The notes: generated from the letters alone by a model not told the origin. A stretch of 64,000 bases of DNA from an uncultured Gammaproteobacteria bacterium (GCA_964397195.1 CAYNGY010000001.1:70586-134585), one strand, 5' to 3'. Positions 1 to 9,346 are shown, numbered from the stretch's first letter. Program-made: numbers and translations.

Positions 1-220
1 GTTTCTTCATGTGGTCGAGAAGCTCTTGGAGCTCGAGCTCGCCGGGCATGGCCGATCGAAGGGGGCGGATGATTCCGCCGCAGTCGCCGCACGTCTCGTA
101 CGGCAAGTGACTCTGTCGGAGGGTCGGCTGAGTCCGATGCTGACAGCGGCAGACGAAGGTCGAGGGAAGGAGCTGGTCGGGCCGCGGGGCGAGCACACTG
201 GCGAGAGATTCGATGGCCAT
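1..220 (-). CDS. Hypothetical protein with CxC...CxxC motif, running off the left edge of the window (partial)
   Basis: Manual translation from ATG at 220 with SD GGAGG at 229-225 gives MAIESLASVLAPRPDQLLPSTFVCRCQH...ETCGDCGG..., open to position 1. Not in the ORF track. Confidence 0.6.
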   Translation of the reverse strand, partial: MAIESLASVLAPRPDQLLPSTFVCRCQHRTQPTLRQSHLPYETCGDCGGIIRPLRSAMPGELELQELLDHMKK

Positions 221-294
221 CGGGCCTCCGGTGGTGGAGAGTGAGAATCGTGGGGCGGTACGAGTAGAATAACATAATCCACAGCGACAAAATA

Positions 295-322
295 TTGACA
301 ATATACCCCGGGGGGGTATATT
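295..322 (+). promoter_or_regulatory. Sigma70 promoter overlapping a CsoR/RcnR-type operator
   Basis: TTGACA (295-300) and TATATT (317-322). The palindrome ATATACCCC-GGG-GGGGTATAT (301-321) has the AT-flanked G/C-tract form typical of CsoR-family operators. Confidence 0.8.
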
Positions 323-329
323 GAAATAT

Positions 330-590
330 ATGGCCCAGAAGTATCGCGCTTCTCGCACCGTCGGTGCTCGGATTCACCGTTTAACCGGTCAGATTCAGGC
401 GATTGAAAAAATGGTGACCCAGCGGCGAACGTGCGCCGAGGTCTTGTACCAAATCAGTGCGGTTCGTTCCGGACTTGAACAGGTCGCGGCGATCCTGTTC
501 GAAATAGAATTACAGAAGGTCGCCTCCCGCCGTCGGCTGACAAAAAAAGACGTCGACGGTCTTTCCCACGCTTTTAGTAAGTCAATATAA
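330..590 (+). CDS. CsoR/RcnR-family (metal-sensitive) transcriptional repressor
   Basis: RIHRLTGQIQAIEKMV...C.EVLYQISAVRSGL signature, with a matching operator upstream. Confidence 0.85.
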   Translation: MAQKYRASRTVGARIHRLTGQIQAIEKMVTQRRTCAEVLYQISAVRSGLEQVAAILFEIELQKVASRRRLTKKDVDGLSHAFSKSI

Positions 591-597
591 TACCCGT

Positions 598-924
598 ATG
601 TCGAATGCCGCTTCGGTGACCGATCAAACATTTGAGCAGGAAGTCCTGAAATCAGAAAAACCCGTGCTCGTAGATTTTTGGGCGGTCTGGTGTTATCCGT
701 GCAAAGTGCAAGGACCGATTATCGACGAGGTGGCCCAAGCTATGGGTGACAAAATGAAAATCGTGAAGCTTGAGGTTGATGACAGTCCGATGACCGCCGG
801 GAAATATAATATTCTGTCCATTCCGACCTTAGCATTGTTTAAAAATGGTGAAGTCATCTGGCAAGGTGTTGGTGTTCACCAGAAGCCGGCTCTCGAAGAG
901 GCGCTCAAGAAACATCTTGAATAA
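598..924 (+). CDS. trxA: Thioredoxin
   Basis: VLVDFWAVWCYPCK and SIPTL motifs; 108 aa. Confidence 0.93.
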   Translation: MSNAASVTDQTFEQEVLKSEKPVLVDFWAVWCYPCKVQGPIIDEVAQAMGDKMKIVKLEVDDSPMTAGKYNILSIPTLALFKNGEVIWQGVGVHQKPALEEALKKHLE

Positions 925-927
925 TCT

Positions 928-1914
928 GTGACGACGGACGTCGTCATCATCGGCGGTGGGCCGGCCGGATTAACCGCCGCACTGTATGCGTCACGACGCG
1001 GCGTTCGCGTTGTCCTCTTGACCGAAGACACTGGCGGACAAGCAACGATGACCGCCCGGATTGAAAACTACCCGGGCGTTGATCCGGTTGACGGACGCGA
1101 ATTAATGATGCGATTTCAGCGTCAGGCCGTTGCCGCTGGGGCCGATGTTCGTCATGAACGAGCGCTGTCGATTGCGCACCACGGCCAGAACTTTACGGTC
1201 ACGACGACACGAGCGTCGTACGAAACGGAAACCGTCATCCTGGCTACCGGCCTGACTCGCCGCCGACTTGCTGTTCCGGGCGAGGAAACATTTATCGGTC
1301 GCGGCGTGTACTACGGCCTGCTTGATCAACCGCGAAATTGGGCGGAGAAATCCATGGCAGTGGTCGGCAGTGGGAATTCGGCCATGGACACCGCGTTACT
1401 TTTGGCCAACGAAAACGCGAACGTGCATCTCTTCATCAAGCACCCCGAGCTACGTGGTGAGCGAGTGTTGATCGATCGCGTTCAAGCGTCACCGCGCATT
1501 ACCGTCTACCCAGTCGCGGAGGTGACGCGGATTGAGGGTCAGGCTGAGGTGAGTGGCATTGTCTTCATGAGCCACGATCGTGAACAGCGGATGGACGTTG
1601 ATGGGGTTGATGTCGAAATCGGATTTATCGTGAATCCGGAACTGACCCGCGGATTGGTGGATGTCGACGGCAAACAGCAGGTCATCATCGAGCCCGGACG
1701 AAACGCGACGAGTGTCCCCGGTATGTTTGCCGCTGGCGATATCACGACCATCCTACAGAAACAAGTTGTCATTTCAGCCGGTGAGGGGGCAAAAGCGGGC
1801 ATGAGCGCGGCCGAGTACATCCTAGCTCGTCGTGGCCAACCCATGCCCTCAACCGATTGGACTCATCACGAGCCGCTTCGGCACGAACAATCTTCTTCGT
1901 CGGAAATTGACTGA
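928..1914 (+). CDS. Thioredoxin-reductase-fold FAD/NAD(P) oxidoreductase lacking CxxC
   Basis: GGGPAG FAD motif, IENYPG, ILATG, VVGSGNSA and TSVPGMFAAGD. No cysteine in the translation. Confidence 0.88.
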   Translation: MTTDVVIIGGGPAGLTAALYASRRGVRVVLLTEDTGGQATMTARIENYPGVDPVDGRELMMRFQRQAVAAGADVRHERALSIAHHGQNFTVTTTRASYETETVILATGLTRRRLAVPGEETFIGRGVYYGLLDQPRNWAEKSMAVVGSGNSAMDTALLLANENANVHLFIKHPELRGERVLIDRVQASPRITVYPVAEVTRIEGQAEVSGIVFMSHDREQRMDVDGVDVEIGFIVNPELTRGLVDVDGKQQVIIEPGRNATSVPGMFAAGDITTILQKQVVISAGEGAKAGMSAAEYILARRGQPMPSTDWTHHEPLRHEQSSSSEID

Positions 1915-1923
1915 CCAAAATAT

Positions 1924-3159
1924 ATGGCCTCAAATCCATTCAGTAACGCTCTCGCCCAACTCAAAGCGGCCACCGCTCATCTCGAGCTGTCGGCGGAGAT
2001 GGTTGCCCGGCTCCAACAACCCGAACGGTTCGTCCAGGTATCGATTCCGGTGCTGATGGACAATGGCCAGACCAGGGCCTTTACCGGATACCGCGTCCAG
2101 TATAATAGTGCCCGCGGCCCGTACAAAGGTGGGATTCGATTTCATCCGGATACAAATCTGAACGAAGTAAAGGCGCTGTCGTTTTGGATGGCCATGAAAT
2201 GTGCTGTCGTTGGCATTCCGTACGGCGGCGGGAAGGGCGGCGTGACGGTCGATCCGCGTCCGCTGTCGAAAGGAGAGCTCGAACGACTATCGCGGGGCTG
2301 GGTGCGCGCGATGTATCCTGTCCTCGGTCCAGATGTAGATGTCCCAGCGCCAGACGTCAACACGAACGGACAGATCATGTCCTGGATGGTTGATGAATAT
2401 TCGCGTCTGGCCGGAAAATGGTCGCCCGCCGCGTTTACTGGAAAGCCAATCGAAGTTGGCGGAAGTGAAGGACGAATGTTTTCGACGAGTCAAGGTGGGT
2501 TTTATGTCCTCGATGCGTTAGCCAAGGTGCTCAAACTTGATCCAAAGAAAACAAGCGTTGCGATTCAGGGTTTCGGAAACGTCGGCGCATTTGCCGCTGA
2601 GATTATGTCGAAGGCGGGTTACCGAATTGTCGCGGTCTCGGACTCACAAGGCGGCGTCTATGTGCCGGGTGGACTCGATGTGGCGGCTGTTTGGAAACAC
2701 AAGCAAGAAACCGGGACCGTTGCGAGTTACGCGCCAGCGAAAAAAGTTTCGAACAAACAGATTCTCGAACTGCCAGTCCACCTGCTTGTGCCGTCGGCGC
2801 TGGAGAGCGTCCTGACGGGAGCGAATGCCGGTCGGGTGAAAGCGAAAATCATCTTAGAACTCGCCAACGGCCCGACGACACCAGAAGCCGATGCAAAATT
2901 CGCCAAGCGGGGCATCCATGTTGTTCCGGATATTCTGGCCAATGCCGGCGGAGTGGTCGGATCATATTTCGAATGGGTTCAGAACCGCGCCGGCGATCAC
3001 TGGAGTGAGCGCGAAGTGCTGACGCGACTCAAGCCGGTCATGACGGAATCATTTGATGCTGTCTGGGCAATGGCAAAGAAGAAACATGTGACCTTACGCG
3101 TGGCCGCGTATTTGGTGGCTATCGAGCGCATTGTGAAAGCGATGAAATTGCGGGGGTAG
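1924..3159 (+). CDS. gdhA: Glutamate dehydrogenase (Glu/Leu/Phe/Val dehydrogenase family)
   Basis: GPYKGGIRF, GGGKGG, DVPAPDVNT, QGFGNVG, ELANGP and PDILANAGGV motifs. Confidence 0.95.
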   Translation: MASNPFSNALAQLKAATAHLELSAEMVARLQQPERFVQVSIPVLMDNGQTRAFTGYRVQYNSARGPYKGGIRFHPDTNLNEVKALSFWMAMKCAVVGIPYGGGKGGVTVDPRPLSKGELERLSRGWVRAMYPVLGPDVDVPAPDVNTNGQIMSWMVDEYSRLAGKWSPAAFTGKPIEVGGSEGRMFSTSQGGFYVLDALAKVLKLDPKKTSVAIQGFGNVGAFAAEIMSKAGYRIVAVSDSQGGVYVPGGLDVAAVWKHKQETGTVASYAPAKKVSNKQILELPVHLLVPSALESVLTGANAGRVKAKIILELANGPTTPEADAKFAKRGIHVVPDILANAGGVVGSYFEWVQNRAGDHWSEREVLTRLKPVMTESFDAVWAMAKKKHVTLRVAAYLVAIERIVKAMKLRG

Positions 3160-3571
3160 ATACTTTCCCCTCGGCTTCGCCGGTTCCCCCTTCTGAATTC
3201 AGAAGGGGGACAGGGGGAAGTAAAAACTCCTCCAATGTTTTCAGTACCGTCTCAATGTGTAACAACACATCTTCGTTCGTGAATCTGATCACAAAAATAT
3301 AACAAGACGTTAAGAACATTTCTCGCTCGATATCATTCGCTGCAACTTCTTTTGTTTGATGAATTATGCCGTCGAGTTCAACCGCAAACCGGAGTTTTGG
3401 GCAGTAGAAATCAAGGATATACCGTCCCACGCCAAACTGCCGCCGAAACCGATATCCGTGGAAGCCGTCTTTTTTCAAATACTCCCAGAGTCGACGCTCA
3501 GCGGCAGTGGGCGAGCGACGTAACGTTTGACGAATAGTCTTATGAGACGAAAGATTATATAAACGAGGCAT
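3119..3571 (-). CDS. DUF559 / Vsr-like endonuclease domain protein
   Basis: LRRSPTAAERRLW, FRRQ.G.YILDFYC...AVELDG.IH, D.ER..FL and RFTNEDV motifs. The C-terminus runs through a palindrome. Confidence 0.88.
   Translation of the reverse strand: MPRLYNLSSHKTIRQTLRRSPTAAERRLWEYLKKDGFHGYRFRRQFGVGRYILDFYCPKLRFAVELDGIIHQTKEVAANDIEREMFLTSCYIFVIRFTNEDVLLHIETVLKTLEEFLLPPVPLLNSEGGTGEAEGKVSTPAISSLSQCAR
3186..3210. repeat. REP-like palindrome at the 3' end of the DUF559 gene
   Basis: TCCCCCTTCTGAATTCAGAAGGGGG is a near-perfect inverted repeat. Confidence 0.6.
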
Positions 3572-3710
3572 AGCCAAGATGAAGGCCACACATACGTAAT
3601 GATAAGTGGGGCGCCAAGAAAGTCAAAGGTTATATGCTGGAGAAGTTCGACACGGGCTTGACAAAAGCTCAGTTTTGCGGTATACCCAGGTGTCATTAAT
3701 CTCTAAATCT

Positions 3711-5201
3711 ATGGTCCGCCACATTCGTGTTTTACTTGCGCTCGCCGTCCTCGCGCCGTTGATGGCGTGGGCTTCGCCTGCCGCCGCTGAGTCACGTGAA
3801 CTAATTGTAAACGGATACTTTCGGAGCGATCCTACGGCAGATTGGCATGCCCAGGACTATTCGGCGTTAAATTCACAATACGGAGTAACATATACCCCAA
3901 TCGCGACACAACCCATTAACTGGTGGGGTGGTGGAGGATACACAGGCCAAGATAATAACTTCATTACGCTCGGATCTCACGGCGTCGATCTAGAAACGGT
4001 ATCACAGCTGGTGATGCTGCCGGCGAATGCGACAAATATTAAAGTCCGAGCGTACTACTTAATGTACCCGAGCTCAACACTGCCGCAGTTAACACTTTCG
4101 GCAGTTGGAGCAGCGCGTGGCGTAAAATGTGATGTCACCGCGCCGGCCGAGGGGAGTTACACGTGGAGCGCCATGTCGTGTACGTTACCTGAAGGATCTA
4201 GTGGGCAGGTGAATATTGTGATCAAAAGTTTTGGTAGTACGGTAGCGTATGTGAGTGGTATTAGTGTCACAGTTGACGTGCCAAGCTCTCCGCCGGCACC
4301 AGCCCCGGTAGTCACGCCGCCAGTGATATCACTGACAAGTCCCACAAACGGTAGCACCGTTCAGAGTGGCTCCGTAACCATTGCTGGTACTATCAAGAGC
4401 CCAAGTTCTGAGCTCACAAATTACTACTACTGGTACAATGAAAAACCGTATTACTTTACGCTTGATGCGCAAGGAAATTTTTCTGTCCCGGTGACACTGA
4501 CGTCTTCCGACAACTGGTTTGTGTTTGTGGCGAACAATCGGTACGGGCTCGAGTCGCGCCAGGCCTACCAAATTAAATACAAACCCACGCCACGCGTGCT
4601 AGGTGTCAGCACGTCGTCTTCGACGTTAACGTCGATCATCTTGAAAAATGGAAAGTTTCAATTAAAAAAGGGCACCACGACAAAAACCATCCAACCCTTC
4701 CCGGGCTACACCGGAAAAATCTATGCCAAGCGAATTGAGGTGGCGCCAGATGAAATCTATTTCATCTTCGTCGCGCTTGATGCTGGGAAAGCCGGGAAAA
4801 TGGTCATCTATAATCAAGATGGAAATGTGACGGATCGGAATGCTCCCTTTGGGGCCTTCAAGCCGGGATATAATGTCTCGATGCTCGTATCGAAAGTGAC
4901 CAGCCAGGTATTCATTGCTGTCGCCCCGAAGAAGTGGGGGAATAGTGTTTCACTATTCGAGATCCAGGCGGGCAAGTTCGTCTATATCGAAAAAGCGGTG
5001 GTTGGAAAAAAGACTTCTGGGGATCTGCGCGTGAAACTGATGTCACCGGATGGTCAATCAGTCGTTCTGGCGACCGGCATAATGGGGAAGAAGGCCACGC
5101 GTAAATCGTGGCGGTATAGCGAATTCACGAACTCGTTTATCCGGACGGTCGGTTCCGATCGGCATGTCCGAATGAATAAAACGGCGCTGTCCTGGAAATA
5201 A
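3711..5201 (+). CDS. Secreted or surface protein with a carbohydrate-binding-like N-domain, an Ig-like domain and a basic C-domain
   Basis: Signal peptide (MVRHIRVLLALAVL...AAA), Pro-rich linker, ISLTSP.NGSTV...VTIAG Ig-like segment, and an RVLGVS motif. Confidence 0.7.
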   Translation: MVRHIRVLLALAVLAPLMAWASPAAAESRELIVNGYFRSDPTADWHAQDYSALNSQYGVTYTPIATQPINWWGGGGYTGQDNNFITLGSHGVDLETVSQLVMLPANATNIKVRAYYLMYPSSTLPQLTLSAVGAARGVKCDVTAPAEGSYTWSAMSCTLPEGSSGQVNIVIKSFGSTVAYVSGISVTVDVPSSPPAPAPVVTPPVISLTSPTNGSTVQSGSVTIAGTIKSPSSELTNYYYWYNEKPYYFTLDAQGNFSVPVTLTSSDNWFVFVANNRYGLESRQAYQIKYKPTPRVLGVSTSSSTLTSIILKNGKFQLKKGTTTKTIQPFPGYTGKIYAKRIEVAPDEIYFIFVALDAGKAGKMVIYNQDGNVTDRNAPFGAFKPGYNVSMLVSKVTSQVFIAVAPKKWGNSVSLFEIQAGKFVYIEKAVVGKKTSGDLRVKLMSPDGQSVVLATGIMGKKATRKSWRYSEFTNSFIRTVGSDRHVRMNKTALSWK

Positions 5202-5215
5202 GCGAAAAATGAATC

Positions 5216-5246
5216 ACACCCGGTCCGTCCTTGGACCGGGTGTTTT
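5216..5246. terminator. Intrinsic terminator between convergent genes
   Basis: ACACCCGGTCC-gtcctt-GGACCGGGTGT followed by TTT. Confidence 0.75.
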
Positions 5247-5259
5247 GTACACGGAGCGA

Positions 5260-6123
5260 TTACGTGAGCTGACGCAGGAGATACTCGCCGTAGCTCGGGC
5301 CGTCTGCGAGGAGGCGGAACTGATCGTCGGTGATCCAGCCCATCCGCCAGGCCACTTCTTCCGGACAGCCGGGATTGATCTGGTGCAGTTCGCTGATCAT
5401 GTCGATGTAGTTCGACGCCGTCAGCAACGAGCTCGGCGTGCCGGTGTCGAGCCAGGCCATACCGCGGCCGAGACGTTCGACACGGAGTTCACCGCGCTGG
5501 AGGTAGGCGTCGTTCAACGACGTGATCTCAAGCTCACCTCGGTTCGACGGAGTCAGCGTCTTCGTCAACTCGACGACGCGGCCATCGTAGAAGTACAGGC
5601 CGGTGACGGCGACGTTCGACGTTGTGGTGGTCGGCTTCTCGACGATACTGCGGACGCGTCCCTCGGCATCGAACTCGACGACGCCGAACCGTTTCGGGTC
5701 TCTGACTTCGTAGCCGAAGACGATGGCGCCGGTCGTGAGTTCGGCCGCCGTGCGAAGAATCGAGGGGAGCCCATGTCCGAAGAAGATGTTGTCGCCGAGG
5801 ATCAGGCTGACCGGATCATTGGCGATGAACACTTCGCCGACGAGGAACGCCTGCGCGAGGCCACCCGGTTTCGGCTGGATCGCATAGGAGATCGATATGC
5901 CCCACTGCGAGCCGTCGCCGAGGAGGCGTCGGAAGGCGTCGTTGTCTTCGGGGGTGGTGATGATCAGGATCTCCCGGATGCCGGCGAGCATGAGCACCGT
6001 CAACGGGTAGTAGACCATCGGCTTGTCATAGACGTGAAGCAGCTGCTTGCAGACGACGTCGGTGGCGGGGCGGAGTCGAGTGGCTCGGCCGCCAGCCAAG
6101 ATAATGCCCTTGCGGACGCTCAT
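5260..6123 (-). CDS. rfbA: Glucose-1-phosphate thymidylyltransferase
   Basis: [48 protein letters not shown] and [10 protein letters not shown] motifs. Confidence 0.95.
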   Translation of the reverse strand: MSVRKGIILAGGRATRLRPATDVVCKQLLHVYDKPMVYYPLTVLMLAGIREILIITTPEDNDAFRRLLGDGSQWGISISYAIQPKPGGLAQAFLVGEVFIANDPVSLILGDNIFFGHGLPSILRTAAELTTGAIVFGYEVRDPKRFGVVEFDAEGRVRSIVEKPTTTTSNVAVTGLYFYDGRVVELTKTLTPSNRGELEITSLNDAYLQRGELRVERLGRGMAWLDTGTPSSLLTASNYIDMISELHQINPGCPEEVAWRMGWITDDQFRLLADGPSYGEYLLRQLT

Positions 6124-6215
6124 GGCGAGCCTTTCGTTGGAGTGAGATGTGCAAATCCGGGTTCACCTTACGAGTGTCGAGGGTAGTCGTCAAGTATGAA
6201 AAAGCCCCGCTCTTT

Positions 6216-7145
6216 TCAGAGCGGGACCCGGAGGACGATGACCATGGTCTGGTCGTCACAGGTGATGGTCGGGATGACGAGAGCGCGATCGATGAGCCGC
6301 CGCGCCGGCGCTGTGTGCAGTTGGCGGGTTGGGACCCAAGCGACCACCGACGATCGCGTTCGTGATCGAAACCATTGGTAGGTGCGCTGGAGCGTATTCC
6401 GACGCGGCGCCGAACATCTCACCTTCGGTTGCGTTGTGACCTTCGCAATTCGTGGGCGAGGAGCGGTGAGTACAGGCGGAGCAGGAGACGCGGCCGCGGT
6501 GGGGAGAGTCTCGTCGAGTGTCTCGTCCGGCGGTAGCACCGATTCGGGGACCGGGACGGCCGGAGTCATGCCGAGGTGCTTCGCGAGTCGCTCCTCATTC
6601 ACGCCGTCAGGAATGATGTGTGCTTGGAGCACCGAACCGTCGTCGAGGCGAAAGTTCCGAATGACGTACCCACGTCCGAGACAAACGCGGCGGAGCTCGG
6701 CCCCGTTGTTTCGCGGAACAAACTGCGGACCGCGATCAACGCTGAGGACGTCAGTTCGGTTGACGAGAGCAATGATCTCGTCACGAATTTCGACTGGCCA
6801 GTCCTGGGCCAGATCTGAACGAGGGGCGTCTTCAACCGGAGTCGCGCTTTCGGTCGCAGGCTCAGGCGGCGGCGCCTCACGCAACAGTGAAACAAGACTG
6901 TGCATGAGCGACGTCGAGACGCCGTTCTTCAGGCCCGTAATTTGGACCGACTGTTTACGGCCGATTTCGGTACACCAGACCTGAAGGCCGGTGGGTGACT
7001 CGCCGCGCTGATGAATCAGGCCGACGCTGATGTCTTCGGCGTCAGCGAGTTCGGCCAGGATTGGCTCAGCCACGGTTGGATGTGAGTAACCAAGCCGCCG
7101 GAGCAGAGTCAAGGCGCGGTTCGTGGTAGCGAGCAGCGTCGTCAT
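6216..7145 (-). CDS. Hypothetical protein
   Basis: Long ORF with accessory-type codon usage. ATG at 7145 is preceded by AAAGGA. Confidence 0.6.
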   Translation of the reverse strand: MTTLLATTNRALTLLRRLGYSHPTVAEPILAELADAEDISVGLIHQRGESPTGLQVWCTEIGRKQSVQITGLKNGVSTSLMHSLVSLLREAPPPEPATESATPVEDAPRSDLAQDWPVEIRDEIIALVNRTDVLSVDRGPQFVPRNNGAELRRVCLGRGYVIRNFRLDDGSVLQAHIIPDGVNEERLAKHLGMTPAVPVPESVLPPDETLDETLPTAAASPAPPVLTAPRPRIAKVTTQPKVRCSAPRRNTLQRTYQWFRSRTRSSVVAWVPTRQLHTAPARRLIDRALVIPTITCDDQTMVIVLRVPL

Positions 7146-7277
7146 GACGATTCCTTTCGTCGGGGAAAAAGGGCGGTCAACAGCGGGTACGAGAAGTGTA
7201 CGCTTCACAAAATCAAAAAGGAAGCCTGAGGAGCGGTGGCACGGGAAAGAAAAAAACGCTATACTCAGGATACAACT

Positions 7278-7955
7278 ATGGCAAAAACGAAACCCCACAA
7301 ACGCGAAGAACAAAAACTCCATCGTCTCGGGCATCGGCTCGTGGCGGGCGTTGATGAGGCTGGGCGCGGTGCTTGGGCCGGACCGATTGTGGCCGGGGCC
7401 GTCATTCTCGATGAAACGTTCGAACCAAAGCTAGTCAATGACTCAAAACAGCTCACCGCCAAGCAGCGCGAGAAGATGTTCGTCCATATCTCGCACCACG
7501 CTGTAAGTTGGGCCGTCGGAGTTATTCCGCACACCACAATTGATCGCGACGGCATGACTGCCGCGAATAGACTTGCACTGACCACCGCGCTTGAGCGGCT
7601 TCATGTCCAACCGGATGCGGTCCTCGTAGACGCGATGCCGATTTCGTATAAAAAGAAGCCGGTCACGGCCATCATCGATGGCGATGCGAAAAGTTTGACG
7701 ATTGCGGCCGCCTCAATCGTGGCCAAAGTTGTTCGCGACGCGCTAATGGATGGTGAGCATCGACGCTACCCAGAATATGGATTTGCTGAACACAAAGGGT
7801 ATGGCACCGCCGCGCATGAAAAAGCACTAGCTGCTCATGGTCCATCACCAATTCACCGACAGTCTTTTGAGCCATTGAAACGTGCTGTCGCTACAGCGAA
7901 AGGAAAGAAAATTGTCAGACGCGCAGCGCCGCGTCGGGTGGCGAAGAAAAAATAA
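7278..7955 (+). CDS. rnhB: Ribonuclease HII
   Basis: GVDEAGRG, DSKQL, DGDAK, IAAASIVAKV.RD and HKGYGT motifs. Confidence 0.95.
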   Translation: MAKTKPHKREEQKLHRLGHRLVAGVDEAGRGAWAGPIVAGAVILDETFEPKLVNDSKQLTAKQREKMFVHISHHAVSWAVGVIPHTTIDRDGMTAANRLALTTALERLHVQPDAVLVDAMPISYKKKPVTAIIDGDAKSLTIAAASIVAKVVRDALMDGEHRRYPEYGFAEHKGYGTAAHEKALAAHGPSPIHRQSFEPLKRAVATAKGKKIVRRAAPRRVAKKK

Positions 7956-7980
7956 ATCACGGCTGCCGGATCAGCCGTGG

Positions 7981-9216
7981 TTAGGAGCGTGGGCGCCGAC
8001 GCTTTTTGCGTTCAGCGATACTGAGCGTGCGATGATGCGCAGCGGCCTTCCGGAGCCGATCCGCCCATTTCTTCGTCAGGATGCGCTGACGATGATCGTT
8101 GATCTGTTCGAGGAGCGTGACGAGGCGTTCGAGGTTCTTTCGGACGCTTCCGAGAGCGTAGACGCGTCCGAGCTCGTCGAGGGTAATTGCCTTGACGACG
8201 AGGAGCAAGTACTCAATTGCCCCTCGGAGTGCGCCGAGGAAGTTGCCACCGAGCGAACGACGGAATGCCGCACGCCAGCTAGCCTTTTCCTGCTGGGCAC
8301 TCATGATCTCGAACAGGCCACCCTGCATCGACCGACGGTTTACGATCAGCCCGGTGACCTGCCGGCGGAAATCGTGACTCTTCGTCCCCTGGCCATTGAC
8401 GATCAGGTATCGGAGTCGATACTCGACCTCAGTCGGGGTGAACCCAGCAATCTCCAGCCGGTGGAGTTCGAGTGCGACGCTGTAAGCGATGTGCCCAGCC
8501 CGGACTGCGTCCTGGATTTCACGCGAGGCGTCGCAGAACGCAAGCGCTCGGTGGACCCAGTCAGCACTCCGCCCAACCTGTCGGGCAAACGCGGCGACGG
8601 TCAATGTCGGCATCACGTCGCGCAGAAGTCGGAAGAAGAGATAGTACGCTTCCGCTTCCTGGTGCACCGGAACCGGATGGTGCGTGTTCTCCGAGTACTG
8701 CAGGTTGAGGGCGGCTACGGCGCTGATGCCGCGGTGAATCGTGACATCGAGTCTCGTGCCCTCGAAGTGGCGACGGAAGCATCTGCCGTTCGTCGTCGGG
8801 TGACCAGATCCATTGCAGGCTGAGCAGCCAACCTCCCAGAGGTGACGGCAAGCCCGCAGCCGACGTTCACCGGCGATCAACACCGGGTACATCGGCTTGG
8901 CGTCCGTGGTTGTTGGCCTGAAGTCACGCCAGTCGGTCATTGTGTTCCAGAGCCGATCGGTGATGGCGACGTACTGCTTGAATTCCTCGCGTGTGAGAAG
9001 TCCGACGGTGGGCGCATGGATGAGGCCCTGCAGGGCGATCGATTCAGCCAACTCGGGGATCCCGTCGAAGGTTTTCCGAGGCTGGTTGAGAGTGATGATC
9101 GAGTGCAGATCGATCGGTGCAGCGCGGCGACTCACAGAGCGCGGTTTCCGGAGCGCGGCCAGCAATTTCTGCTGGTCGGCCGGTCCCCAGCGATGGGAAA
9201 CAGCGTGTCCAGCCAT
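7981..9216 (-). CDS. ParB/Srx-family CTPase-domain protein with HTH (orphan)
   Basis: QPRKTF..IPELAESI..QG, LIAGERRLRA, SEN and an HTH (VAAFARQVGRSADWV). SD GGAGGT upstream of ATG 9216. Confidence 0.8.
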   Translation of the reverse strand: MAGHAVSHRWGPADQQKLLAALRKPRSVSRRAAPIDLHSIITLNQPRKTFDGIPELAESIALQGLIHAPTVGLLTREEFKQYVAITDRLWNTMTDWRDFRPTTTDAKPMYPVLIAGERRLRACRHLWEVGCSACNGSGHPTTNGRCFRRHFEGTRLDVTIHRGISAVAALNLQYSENTHHPVPVHQEAEAYYLFFRLLRDVMPTLTVAAFARQVGRSADWVHRALAFCDASREIQDAVRAGHIAYSVALELHRLEIAGFTPTEVEYRLRYLIVNGQGTKSHDFRRQVTGLIVNRRSMQGGLFEIMSAQQEKASWRAAFRRSLGGNFLGALRGAIEYLLLVVKAITLDELGRVYALGSVRKNLERLVTLLEQINDHRQRILTKKWADRLRKAAAHHRTLSIAERKKRRRPRS

Positions 9217-9346
9217 GTGCTGACCTCCAAAACGAAGCGTTGAGTGTGGTAAGAGCCGGCCATATCTTTTCACGCGCGGCTAGTACCTGTCAACTTAGGG
9301 AATCGGACTTGCAGAAACAGCCAGAATTTCGTATGCTGTACCGGCT

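Noticed and set aside
11-282. ORF-track calls 11..244 (+) and 7..282 (-)
   Set aside because: A third frame (minus strand, ATG 220) has the SD and a plausible protein; these two are shadows.
5209-6186. 325-aa antisense ORF over rfbA
   Set aside because: Mirror-frame ORF caused by GC-biased codon usage; no motifs and no SD.
7882-8823. 313-aa antisense ORF over the ParB-like gene
   Set aside because: Same shadow effect; the minus strand carries the recognisable motifs.
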